A stretch of DNA of 64,000 nucleotides from Acinetobacter phage Mokit. Numbering within the stretch: the stretch's first letter is position 1; every line of letters begins with the position of its first letter. The stretch lies in the sequence record MW388002.1; one strand, 5' to 3'. A program made the position numbers and the translations under genes. Below, one piece after another: positions 43,876-52,154 of this stretch. The notes under the pieces are model-generated. The model made no database searches, had not been told where the DNA came from, and worked only from the letters and a program-made list of their open reading frames with translations.

Positions 43876-44112
43876 TTATGAATAAGTTTTTGTTGCAATA
43901 TAAAATTCTTGTTCAATTAATTTTTCGTTGAGGCGTCTGTATGCTTCATTACGATTCAAAAATTGAGATCGTTTATTTGAAACTTCGACAACTATGCCAG
44001 TAACGACATGAGTAACACGTACACCATTGTAAGGACGATTGATCCAATTACTTGCACCTTTAGCTCTAAATTCCTGAACAATTATTTCAGAAGGAGTAAA
44101 GACATAGTTCAT
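43876..44112 (-). CDS. hypothetical protein (start trimmed to MNYVFTP to avoid tRNA 44132-44208)
   Basis: Listed ORF begins with a TTG inside the tRNA; ATG 44110-44112. Confidence 0.4.
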   Translation of the reverse strand: MNYVFTPSEIIVQEFRAKGASNWINRPYNGVRVTHVVTGIVVEVSNKRSQFLNRNEAYRRLNEKLIEQEFYIATKTYS

Positions 44113-44131
44113 AACAATATCCTCAAATATA

Positions 44132-44208
44132 TGGTGGGCCCACCCGTGACTCGAACCGAGATCTGTCAAATTATGAGTTTGATGTTTTACCAATTAAACT
44201 ACAGGCCC
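44132..44208 (-). tRNA. tRNA with CAU anticodon (Met or Ile2-type); atypical T-arm
   Basis: Acceptor GGGCCTG/TGGGCCC, D-arm GTTT-AATTGGTA-AAAC, anticodon arm TCAAA-CTCATAA-TTTGA; T-arm pairs imperfectly by eye. Confidence 0.55.
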
Positions 44209-44212
44209 TTAA

Positions 44213-44455
44213 TTATTTTAACTTAATCTGAGCTTCAAAAACAAATCGATAATTATCGTCTGTTAAAATTTTAGCTCGTTCATAAGTGGTTGCCATTCTT
44301 AAAACAGCACCATTATATGAAACAATAGCAAATACACAATTTTTCGAGTTTTCATTAGCGATTTCGCCAACTTTAAAACGAACTTTTCTATAAGTATATT
44401 TATCATCATACTTGCATAGAAATTGTGCTAAGTTTTTAGAAAAAGTGAAACGCAT
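44213..44455 (-). CDS. hypothetical protein
   Basis: 80-aa ORF. Confidence 0.4.
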   Translation of the reverse strand: MRFTFSKNLAQFLCKYDDKYTYRKVRFKVGEIANENSKNCVFAIVSYNGAVLRMATTYERAKILTDDNYRFVFEAQIKLK

Positions 44456-44680
44456 AATTTTGCCTTCACCATTAAAAATCCCATAGATACTTCGTGCTGA
44501 AGTTTTATCTATACATTTGCGACAAATCTAATGTTTCATAATAATTCCTTATATAGATTCAACAAAAAATAATTTGGTGGATACTGGGAGTGCTTGCACC
44601 TCCAAATCAACGAGGATCATCAACTCTAGAAGTTTCACCTATTGCGCTGCTTTACTATTTAAGCTATCAGTACCCATAAT

Positions 44681-44755
44681 TGGTCATCGATCGGAGATTC
44701 GAACTCCGGCACCCAGATTTAGAGTCTGTTGGTCTAACCGCTAACCTAATCGACG
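44681..44755 (-). tRNA. tRNA with CUA anticodon (candidate amber suppressor)
   Basis: CGTCGAT-TA-GGTT-AGCGGTTA-GACC-A-ACAGA-CTCTAAA-TCTGG-GTGC-CGGAG-TTCGAAT-CTCCG-ATCGATG-A-CCA; U33 and A37 in place; canonical T-arm. Confidence 0.5.
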
Positions 44756-44920
44756 TTAAAGTAACTTTTTAATAACATCAGATGATGGGACTCGAACCAC
44801 ATATCAACCGGGTTTAACAGGCCGGTTATGCTCCAGTATCAGGCGCAAGCTTAACCAATTAGCTACTACCAATGTTATTAAAAAGTTACCTCAATGAAGA
44901 GGTAACCCGAGGTAATTCAA

Positions 44921-45169
44921 TTATTGAACTAAACCTGCTTGAACAGCTGCTTCATAATCAGATTGTTCGATTGCATCAGCAATAGTTTCAAATGATTCGT
45001 CAACAAATGTTTGAATGATACTGCCGTTGCGAGCTTCAAAGGTTACACCTACTAAGCCAGATGAATATTCTACAAGACCAATAATTTTTGCAGCATCAAG
45101 AACAAAACGGCTAACATTTGTGTTTTGTTCAACAGCGCGAGATACAGTAAGAGCAATGCGAGTAGCCAT
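44921..45169 (-). CDS. hypothetical protein
   Basis: 82-aa ORF. Confidence 0.45.
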   Translation of the reverse strand: MATRIALTVSRAVEQNTNVSRFVLDAAKIIGLVEYSSGLVGVTFEARNGSIIQTFVDESFETIADAIEQSDYEAAVQAGLVQ

Positions 45170-45210
45170 GATGTTTTTCCTTTGTTAGGTTCAATAAATT
45201 AAAAATATAT

Positions 45211-45426
45211 TTATTCAGCAGATTTTGAACGATTCGCAATAATTGCTGAGATCAATGCGAATACCATTGAGATGAAAATAAATTTCAAGGAAATCATTCC
45301 CATCGTTTTAATTTCGACATTAGTCATGAAAATACCAAAGATTGCAGTACATAAAGATACTAGAATTCCTACAAAGAAGACCCAATATGCAGTAGTTTCA
45401 AATAATTCAATAACTTTGGCTTTCAT
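45211..45426 (-). CDS. small membrane protein (2 TM)
   Basis: 71 aa, hydrophobic; promoter 45460-45488. Confidence 0.45.
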   Translation of the reverse strand: MKAKVIELFETTAYWVFFVGILVSLCTAIFGIFMTNVEIKTMGMISLKFIFISMVFALISAIIANRSKSAE

Positions 45427-45459
45427 GATAATTTACTCAATGTTTTATTTGATAAGACT

Positions 45460-45488
45460 ATAATAACATAAGTTATTATAGTTGTAAA
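45460..45488 (-). promoter_or_regulatory. early promoter (-10 TATTAT) inside the palindrome actataataac...gttattatagt
   Basis: rc: TTTACAactataataacttatgtTATTATagtc. Confidence 0.5.
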
Positions 45489-45500
45489 CTGCTTTTTGAA

Positions 45501-45959
45501 TTATTTTTCCGTTGTCCAATCTAAATCAAGATCTTCAACATATTCGTGTGTTGCGCCTATGCCAATTTTGAATTCAAGTTCAGGTACTGCCATTGCGCCT
45601 ATGTCATATGCCAAAGTGATATGTGGTTTGTAGTCCGGAAAATCATAAGTGGCACCTAATGCCATTGCATAATCAAAACGTGATTGCAAGTAAGGAGAAT
45701 CCAACAATAATACTAGAGCTCGTTTGCCATCTCGTGTTTCAAATACTTCATAACCTAATGCATAAGCAATGATGCCTAAATTTTGCATAGGTTTATATGG
45801 AATATGAACACGTGAATAACAAATTGTAGAATGCAATTTATCTCGTGGTGTTGGATCAAATAGCCTGAGGCGTTCCTGCATATCACAAAGAGCATCTAAT
45901 GTCTTATCATTGAATTTGGCCGCAGCATATGTACCACGGCCAACTTCACTAAATTTCAT
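45501..45959 (-). CDS. 57B: 57B-like protein (positional)
   Basis: 152 aa, immediately upstream of 57A as in T4. Confidence 0.5.
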   Translation of the reverse strand: MKFSEVGRGTYAAAKFNDKTLDALCDMQERLRLFDPTPRDKLHSTICYSRVHIPYKPMQNLGIIAYALGYEVFETRDGKRALVLLLDSPYLQSRFDYAMALGATYDFPDYKPHITLAYDIGAMAVPELEFKIGIGATHEYVEDLDLDWTTEK

Positions 45960-46201
45960 TATTCTAAAGGCTCATCAACAGCTTCAACCGGCGCATTATC
46001 TGCAACTAATGCTGCAACAGTTTGAACAATTCGATCTAATTCAAGGTTACCAGTTTCATCAGGTTCAAGACCAATTACTTGACAGATCGATTGTAATGTT
46101 TGTGATAATTGTTGATTGTGCTGATGAAGCGATTGATTTGCTTCAATTGCATCCAATAATTTAGCTTTGGTTTCGAGCAGTGTTTGATTAACGTCTGACA
46201 T
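45959..46201 (-). CDS. 57A: tail-fiber assembly chaperone gp57A
   Basis: MSDVNQTLLETKAKLLDAIEANQ.. coiled coil of ~80 aa like T4 gp57A; ATG 46199-46201 overlapping the gene 1 stop. Confidence 0.7.
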   Translation of the reverse strand: MSDVNQTLLETKAKLLDAIEANQSLHQHNQQLSQTLQSICQVIGLEPDETGNLELDRIVQTVAALVADNAPVEAVDEPLE

Positions 46202-46922
46202 TTTGTAATACCTCTGTGTGAAACAAATTTGAAATCTTTTCGTAGAACTCTTCGATTGTGCCATTATTTTCAATGACTGCATCTCCAAGTCGTCTTCCAA
46301 GACCAGCTTCTGTAATATGCTGATCTGTTGTGGTAGTATTTATTATATCACGTTCTACAAAAACTGTCATTGCTTTAATATGACGCATAAAGTCAATTTC
46401 ATGTTTTTGGCGAATATCAGAAACAATGAATAATTTACTTCCGGATGCAAATGCGTTAATGTATTCAATCATCATGAGCTTCAGCCAGAAATGTTTATCA
46501 TGTGTGTTGACAACAATATCTGTACCTAGAGTTTGCATCAATCTACGAACTGACCAACTTAAACTATTTTTACGTATTGCATTTATTGCATTGAGTTTGT
46601 CTAAAAATCCATTAGGTTCAACAGTTTTTAGCCCATATTCATCTTGCAAAATTTCTATAGACTTATGCATTAAATCTACAACATTTGCATTAGATAACAT
46701 TAATGAAGTTTCACGATCATAATCGGTTTCGCCATTAAAGTCGGCAAAGGTTAAGCCTACACCGGTTTGATCAACTAAATGCAATTCTTCATATGCTCGC
46801 GCCAAAACAAGCTTAATTGGCGTTGCCAATGCATATTTTCTTGCGTTTAATTTAGTCACCATAAAATCAGCCATAGTGTCTTTGCCACTACGCTTCTTGC
46901 CTACAATAGAAACAATTGTCAT
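46188..46922 (-). CDS. 1: deoxynucleoside monophosphate kinase gp1
   Basis: SIVGKKRSGKDTMADFM matches the T4 gp1 P-loop (GVKRSGKDTTADFI); 244 aa. Confidence 0.85.
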   Translation of the reverse strand: MTIVSIVGKKRSGKDTMADFMVTKLNARKYALATPIKLVLARAYEELHLVDQTGVGLTFADFNGETDYDRETSLMLSNANVVDLMHKSIEILQDEYGLKTVEPNGFLDKLNAINAIRKNSLSWSVRRLMQTLGTDIVVNTHDKHFWLKLMMIEYINAFASGSKLFIVSDIRQKHEIDFMRHIKAMTVFVERDIINTTTTDQHITEAGLGRRLGDAVIENNGTIEEFYEKISNLFHTEVLQNVRR

Positions 46923-47488
46923 ATTACCTCTCTGCTGCCATTAGTTAACATATCGGATATACTTTTCCGTGTTTCTATTATAACACCATTTTTTTCTACG
47001 GTGAAGTGGCTATATTGAAAGGTTACATTTGCAAATATTGCAGGGTCAGCTTCTTCAGTATAGTTAAATTCAAGGTCCCCAATCAGTTGCGGCCACGCGT
47101 TATGATAATGAATTGTCATTAATGGTGTGACTTTATCATTTGATAATATATGTAGCGAAATAAAATCTGGCAATACTCCAGGCAGAACACCATTATTATC
47201 GTGTGTCAAATAATTATTAAGAGACAGCATCCAGGTATAAATGTCTGTCCATGCATCTAATTTCTCGTCTATTAGTACACGACAAACTAGAGGCTCAAAT
47301 TCAAATGTAGTTCCTGGGCGGTTTGCACGTCCAAGTCCTTTTTTGCCAAGTGGTGTATTGATTGTAGGGATACTAATACCTGGAATTAAAGCGGTTTGCA
47401 CATTGAGTCTAAATGCGTCTGTTATGCCGGCATCAGGTACATCTAACAAAAAGTTAGTTATATTAGTTTGGTTGAATTGCAGTGTCAT
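46919..47488 (-). CDS. 3: tail completion/sheath stabilizer gp3 (positional)
   Basis: 189 aa between genes 1 and 2 as in T4; probable late promoter near 47509. Confidence 0.6.
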   Translation of the reverse strand: MTLQFNQTNITNFLLDVPDAGITDAFRLNVQTALIPGISIPTINTPLGKKGLGRANRPGTTFEFEPLVCRVLIDEKLDAWTDIYTWMLSLNNYLTHDNNGVLPGVLPDFISLHILSNDKVTPLMTIHYHNAWPQLIGDLEFNYTEEADPAIFANVTFQYSHFTVEKNGVIIETRKSISDMLTNGSREVI

Positions 47489-47551
47489 AATTACGCCTGT
47501 TTAAAAAATGATCATCTAAATTTATATTGCAAGTGCTATCTAAAAAGTTGA

Positions 47552-47589
47552 TGTTATAATGGTTCTACCGGTTCACCGCTCTAAATTTA
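47552..47589 (+). repeat. 38-bp element (copy B), inverted relative to copy A
   Basis: tgttataatggttctaccggttcaccgctctaaattta. Confidence 0.85.
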
Positions 47590-47682
47590 TCTATTTGGTC
47601 GGAGAAGATAGAGTTTCAGATGATATATCTGCATTGAAAATATAGAATATTGTGCTGCGCACAATGATGCGCAGCATCTAAT

Positions 47683-48522
47683 TTATTTCTTCCATACCTT
47701 TGAGGCTGCAAAACGTTTACCTTGTGATACAAATTGTTGAAGTGGCATTAACACGACATTACCCCAATCAGCAGGTTTAATTTCAACGAATTTGCCTTTT
47801 ACATGAGCAGGCAAATATGCTTTAATCATCAAGTCTGCTCCATTGAAGCCTTTAACCTTCGACCAATCAACCTTTAGCACTGTATTATTTGTGATAGTTT
47901 TTGTTGATGAATAACTTTTAAGCAGTTCTTCTAAAAATTGTTGACGTGCTTTAGGTGGAATATAATGCAAGTTAAGGCCATGAAATAAAGTTGTGCCAGC
48001 AACTTTGGAACGGGACGTTCCTAAAAATATAATTAACGGATATTTATCCCAAAATGGTAGTTTGTCTTTATGCTTAGCATCATATATAAATGCATAAAGT
48101 TTACCAGGCTGTGGTCTAACAACAGAGTGACCTCTTACACCTTTTGCTAGTGTCTCTTTGAACCATTTTTCAGATTTATTGTTGACAGCAGCACCGTCGT
48201 TTTTGATTCTTTCTCTCATTGATTGCCTAAAGCTATTAATGAGAATAGCTTCACGATCTTTAGGAGTCAATTTGTTGTTTGGTTTGTCTTTTGCTACTTC
48301 TGCTGCATACGCCAATTTTATTTTTTCTCGATAGCGTATCATGCTTCTAGTAAAAGTTGTATAAGGAATATTTTTTTCTTCAGCGAATTTTTTGGCCTGT
48401 GCACCTTTCGCCTTGGCTTTATACCATTCAACACCGATATTAACCCATGTTAATTCTTGACGTGTTATCTTTGGCTGAAGATTTTTTGGTACTTCAGCTT
48501 CATCAATTTGAAAAATGCTCAT
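47683..48522 (-). CDS. 2: DNA end-protector protein gp2
   Basis: Basic 280-aa protein at the T4 gene 2 position; start trimmed to [11 protein letters not shown] (ATG 48520-48522). Confidence 0.65.
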   Translation of the reverse strand: MSIFQIDEAEVPKNLQPKITRQELTWVNIGVEWYKAKAKGAQAKKFAEEKNIPYTTFTRSMIRYREKIKLAYAAEVAKDKPNNKLTPKDREAILINSFRQSMRERIKNDGAAVNNKSEKWFKETLAKGVRGHSVVRPQPGKLYAFIYDAKHKDKLPFWDKYPLIIFLGTSRSKVAGTTLFHGLNLHYIPPKARQQFLEELLKSYSSTKTITNNTVLKVDWSKVKGFNGADLMIKAYLPAHVKGKFVEIKPADWGNVVLMPLQQFVSQGKRFAASKVWKK

Positions 48523-48530
48523 GATTACTC

Positions 48531-48980
48531 CTATATTCGCATACCAAGTTTTCTGAGACCTTCTTCCGTTAGTACTCTGAATTTTACATTTCGTTTTTCT
48601 GCAAGAGCTTGTGCAGCTTTCCATTTGTCGCAGTTCACCTGCCATGTGTAGCACTCGTCAATATATCTACGTTTAGCGCCGGCTGTCATTTTCGCAGGTG
48701 GCTTAGGCGGAGCAGTTTCCTTTTTAGGTTTTATTTCAATAAAGAACTCTTGGCCTTCATGAGTTTTGAACCAAACATCCATAAAATATCTGCGTTTCTT
48801 GCCATCTGCGTTAGAAAAATATTGAATTACTACTTCTTCTGATGACCAATATTTGACACGTGGATCTTTATCTAGCCATTCAAAATACCACTTTTCCCAT
48901 GTCGATCTATACGTAACTTTGTCTACATGTCCTCTATATTTATCTTTATTCTTTACAATGTATTTGCCACTATACGCCAC
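48531..48980 (-). CDS. 4: head completion protein gp4
   Basis: 149 aa, divergent from gene 53 with a late promoter between. Confidence 0.7.
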   Translation of the reverse strand: MAYSGKYIVKNKDKYRGHVDKVTYRSTWEKWYFEWLDKDPRVKYWSSEEVVIQYFSNADGKKRRYFMDVWFKTHEGQEFFIEIKPKKETAPPKPPAKMTAGAKRRYIDECYTWQVNCDKWKAAQALAEKRNVKFRVLTEEGLRKLGMRI

Positions 48981-48997
48981 ATCTACATCTCCTTACT

Positions 48998-49005
48998 TAT
49001 AAATA
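48998..49005 (+). promoter_or_regulatory. T4-type late promoter TATAAATA for gene 53
   Basis: cttaTATAAATActttt ~25 nt upstream of the 49030 ATG. Confidence 0.6.
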
Positions 49006-49020
49006 CTTTTATTAAAATTT

Positions 49021-49028
49021 TATTTATA
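49021..49028 (-). promoter_or_regulatory. T4-type late promoter (rc TATAAATA) for gene 4, divergent from the gene 53 promoter
   Basis: plus tatttata; 40 nt upstream of the gene 4 start at 48980. Confidence 0.5.
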
Positions 49029-49029
49029 A

Positions 49030-49635
49030 ATGGAGATCGTTGTGATTAATTCTTACTTTGATCCAGTCACTTATGCAGCTAAAACTGTCAATTCTACCGC
49101 TCCAGAGCGTCTAATGACAAACATTTTTAAGAACTACACAGCATACTTCAAAAATGTAGCGTCAAAATACAATCTCATAACATATTATATTCAAGGTGCT
49201 CCAAGACCAGAAGCATTGTCATATGAGCTTTACAATAACACCCAGTTGTACTGGGCATTAACTATGGCAAACGATTGTTATGACCCTTATCATGATTGGA
49301 TAAAAACACAAGAAGCATGTTATGAATCTGTTGCTCAAATATATGATCGTCCTGAAGAAGTTATTGTATATCATGTAGATATACGTGGCGAACGTTATTA
49401 CAATTTAGTAGAATATGATGATGAGCCTGGAGTCTGGTATGACAAAGGCGATAGAAATAGAAAATATCCGCAATTTAAAGGTACTCTGGCACCAGTTAAT
49501 GCATACGAAGATGCATTAACCGAAAATGAAAAGAAACGAGAAATCAAAATTATTTCACCAACTGACATCGACAATTTTATTGCAGATTTAATTAAAGAAA
49601 TGGAGAAGAGCCTAAATGAGACTACAATCGGATGA
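49030..49635 (+). CDS. 53: baseplate wedge protein gp53
   Basis: 201 aa preceding gene 5; late promoter TATAAATA at 48998. Confidence 0.8.
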   Translation: MEIVVINSYFDPVTYAAKTVNSTAPERLMTNIFKNYTAYFKNVASKYNLITYYIQGAPRPEALSYELYNNTQLYWALTMANDCYDPYHDWIKTQEACYESVAQIYDRPEEVIVYHVDIRGERYYNLVEYDDEPGVWYDKGDRNRKYPQFKGTLAPVNAYEDALTENEKKREIKIISPTDIDNFIADLIKEMEKSLNETTIG

Positions 49636-51403
49636 TGTAAAATGGTGGGTTGGGGTAGTTGAGGATCGTCTTGACCCATTGCAACAAGGACGTGTTCGTG
49701 TACGAGTAGTAGGAGTTCATCCATTTTCTAGAATCCAAGGTGAATTCTCTGGGCTACCTGTCGAAGATTTACCATGGATGAGTGTCTTACTTCCAGTAAC
49801 AACACCTGCTGTAGCAGGCGTATCTGGCGCAGTTACTGGTCTACTTCCTGGTTCTGGTGTTTTTGGTATCTGGTTGGATAAGTATAAAACCAATGGCCTC
49901 GTTTTAGGATCATATTCTGGTAATCAAGTCAATATTCCAAATTCCGAAGAAGGATTTAGTGATCCATCAGGGCAATATCCTGATTATGCCGGCCCTGATG
50001 GATCTGCATTAAATGCTGGTGGAGCCTATGGCGATGCCGCAAGTGCTAATGGTAGCCAAAATGCTAACTCTTCTACTGGGCTATGGCCGGGCGGAGCAGA
50101 TATTTCTGGTCCTGATGACAATCCAGATTTTACAATCGAGAAAATGCTACGTGGCGACGAAGGTGTAAAAAATACTGTGTACTGGGATCATCTAGGATAC
50201 CCTACAATTGGTATCGGACATTTGATTCTTTATCGTAAAACCAGAGACATGAGTGCAATTCTCAAGAAACTATCTAGTGATTTAGGGCATTCAGTCGGAT
50301 CAACTATTGCACAAGCTGATATAACCAAGCTATTCATTTCCGATTTAGGCAAAACTCAAGCCGAAATAAAAAAGAATAGAATTATTGGACCTGTCTATGC
50401 AAAATGTAATAGATCACGTCAAATGGCATTAGAAAATATGGCCTTTCAAATGGGTACTGGCGGCCTTGCTAAGTTCAAAAATTCATTAGCATTAATGGCT
50501 GCAGGAGACTGGGAAGGTGCATCAAAACAACTAAAACAATCACTTTGGGCACAACAAACACCTGGGCGAGCAAACAGAATTTGCTTGGTTATCAAAAATG
50601 GTAATTTAGGTGCATACGGTGTAGTTCCTAAATTACCAGCACCTGGATCAAAGTCTTTGATAGCTCCTATAGCAGCAACGGCAACTCCATTAGTAGAAGA
50701 TTCATTTGACCCATATGATCCTAGTGATACTGAAATATACCCTAACTATGACACCACTGAAGTTAAAGATGGAATTGATGAAGATCTAAGCGTGCCATAT
50801 GTTAGAGAACCATCTGCAACGCTATTTGTAGAACCTAATAGTTCATATCAAGGCAATTATCCATATGTACAAGCATTGACAACTGAAGGCGGTCATTCTC
50901 AGGAGTTTGATAATACACCAGGACAAGAACGATATCGCATTAGACACCCATCTGGTTCTTATGTTGAAGTTGCGCCAGATGGAAGAAAAACTGATAAATG
51001 CACAGGCGATTTGTACCATTTAACTGAAGGTGATCGTAATGAATTGACATCGGGTGAACGAAAGGTAAACGTTGGCGGTAATGAAACGTATATTAATTTT
51101 GCAGATGTCATGCGTCAAATAGAAGGATCTAATACTACAAAGATCGCAGCAAATAACACTATTGAGGTTGCAGGTAACGAAACACGTAAAATCACTGGTG
51201 ACGGCACGATTGAAGTTTCAGGTAACTTAAAAATAATTGTTGCTGCAGATGCATCAATTGAGGTTGGTGGTAATGCCAATATAAAAGTTTCAGGAAACTT
51301 GACCACAAATGTTAGCGGAAATTACAACATGACTGTTGGTGGAACATATACAATTAATTCAGGTACAGTTAATTGGACAGCACCTAGATACAATATGGTA
51401 TAA
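49616..51403 (+). CDS. 5: baseplate hub/tail lysozyme gp5
   Basis: N-term VGVVED..GRVRVRV OB domain; lysozyme domain MLRGDEGVKNTVYWDHLGYPTIGIGHL (cf. T4 e); C-terminal VGGNE.. beta-helix repeats. Confidence 0.92.
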   Translation: MRLQSDDVKWWVGVVEDRLDPLQQGRVRVRVVGVHPFSRIQGEFSGLPVEDLPWMSVLLPVTTPAVAGVSGAVTGLLPGSGVFGIWLDKYKTNGLVLGSYSGNQVNIPNSEEGFSDPSGQYPDYAGPDGSALNAGGAYGDAASANGSQNANSSTGLWPGGADISGPDDNPDFTIEKMLRGDEGVKNTVYWDHLGYPTIGIGHLILYRKTRDMSAILKKLSSDLGHSVGSTIAQADITKLFISDLGKTQAEIKKNRIIGPVYAKCNRSRQMALENMAFQMGTGGLAKFKNSLALMAAGDWEGASKQLKQSLWAQQTPGRANRICLVIKNGNLGAYGVVPKLPAPGSKSLIAPIAATATPLVEDSFDPYDPSDTEIYPNYDTTEVKDGIDEDLSVPYVREPSATLFVEPNSSYQGNYPYVQALTTEGGHSQEFDNTPGQERYRIRHPSGSYVEVAPDGRKTDKCTGDLYHLTEGDRNELTSGERKVNVGGNETYINFADVMRQIEGSNTTKIAANNTIEVAGNETRKITGDGTIEVSGNLKIIVAADASIEVGGNANIKVSGNLTTNVSGNYNMTVGGTYTINSGTVNWTAPRYNMV

Positions 51404-51409
51404 CTAACT

Positions 51410-51868
51410 ATGGCATCAATATTACCTTCAAATTCAATGTTGGCAACAGTTATAGAAGGCGCAAACGTAAGTTTCGCCTTCACCGCTGCGTTAGCACCAA
51501 CAGAAAAATTGGTCAGTTTAAAAATTGTTCAAACTGATTTTCCATCATATATAACTATAAATGGAGCATCATTTAGCGGAAAGTTTATAAATTTATTCCA
51601 ATTGCCAATTAATTCATTAAAATATCGTAAGGGCCTTGAATATGGACAGGCTTCAACGTTTGGCGAATTACCGCCTAAAGGCACGGCAGACTTATACTCA
51701 TTCACTGCACCTACAGTTATGTTAAAGAATTTTAACATTAAGGTTGAACTCGTTTATACGGATGAATCAAATCCTACAACCGAATTAAATATAACTAATA
51801 CGTATGTCCAGCCTGTCCAAGGTAATTGGGATACATTTAAACAACAATTTTTAGAATATGTGAGATAG
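51410..51868 (+). CDS. 5.1: gp5.1-like baseplate-associated protein
   Basis: 152 aa after gene 5. Confidence 0.6.
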   Translation: MASILPSNSMLATVIEGANVSFAFTAALAPTEKLVSLKIVQTDFPSYITINGASFSGKFINLFQLPINSLKYRKGLEYGQASTFGELPPKGTADLYSFTAPTVMLKNFNIKVELVYTDESNPTTELNITNTYVQPVQGNWDTFKQQFLEYVR

Positions 51869-51869
51869 T

Positions 51870-52145
51870 ATGTCAGCAATATCATATGATAAGGCCATGA
51901 CAACAGGTCACGGACCATATCCACCAACACAAATAAACTCATCACAAACTAAATTTTTTATAGAAAGTAAAGCAGCTCTTGTGACTGGTGACCTGGCAAA
52001 CAACCATGGGCATACGCCAGTAGGAGCATGTATTGCAACTTCTTCAAAATTCTTTATTGGTGGTAAGGCTGCAGTTCAAATAGGTGACCCATTGACAGAT
52101 GGCGATGCTGTTGCACAAGGCAGTTCAAAGTTCTTTATAATTTAA
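51870..52145 (+). CDS. 5.4: PAAR-repeat spike tip protein gp5.4
   Basis: 91 aa with repeated ..GD..A..G.. PAAR-like segments. Confidence 0.7.
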   Translation: MSAISYDKAMTTGHGPYPPTQINSSQTKFFIESKAALVTGDLANNHGHTPVGACIATSSKFFIGGKAAVQIGDPLTDGDAVAQGSSKFFII

Positions 52146-52154
52146 GAGGCTACT

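Noticed and set aside
49024-49031. Second TATAAAT motif at 49024
   Set aside because: Overlaps the gene 53 start codon (tataaATGg); the upstream copy at 48998 is the plausible late promoter
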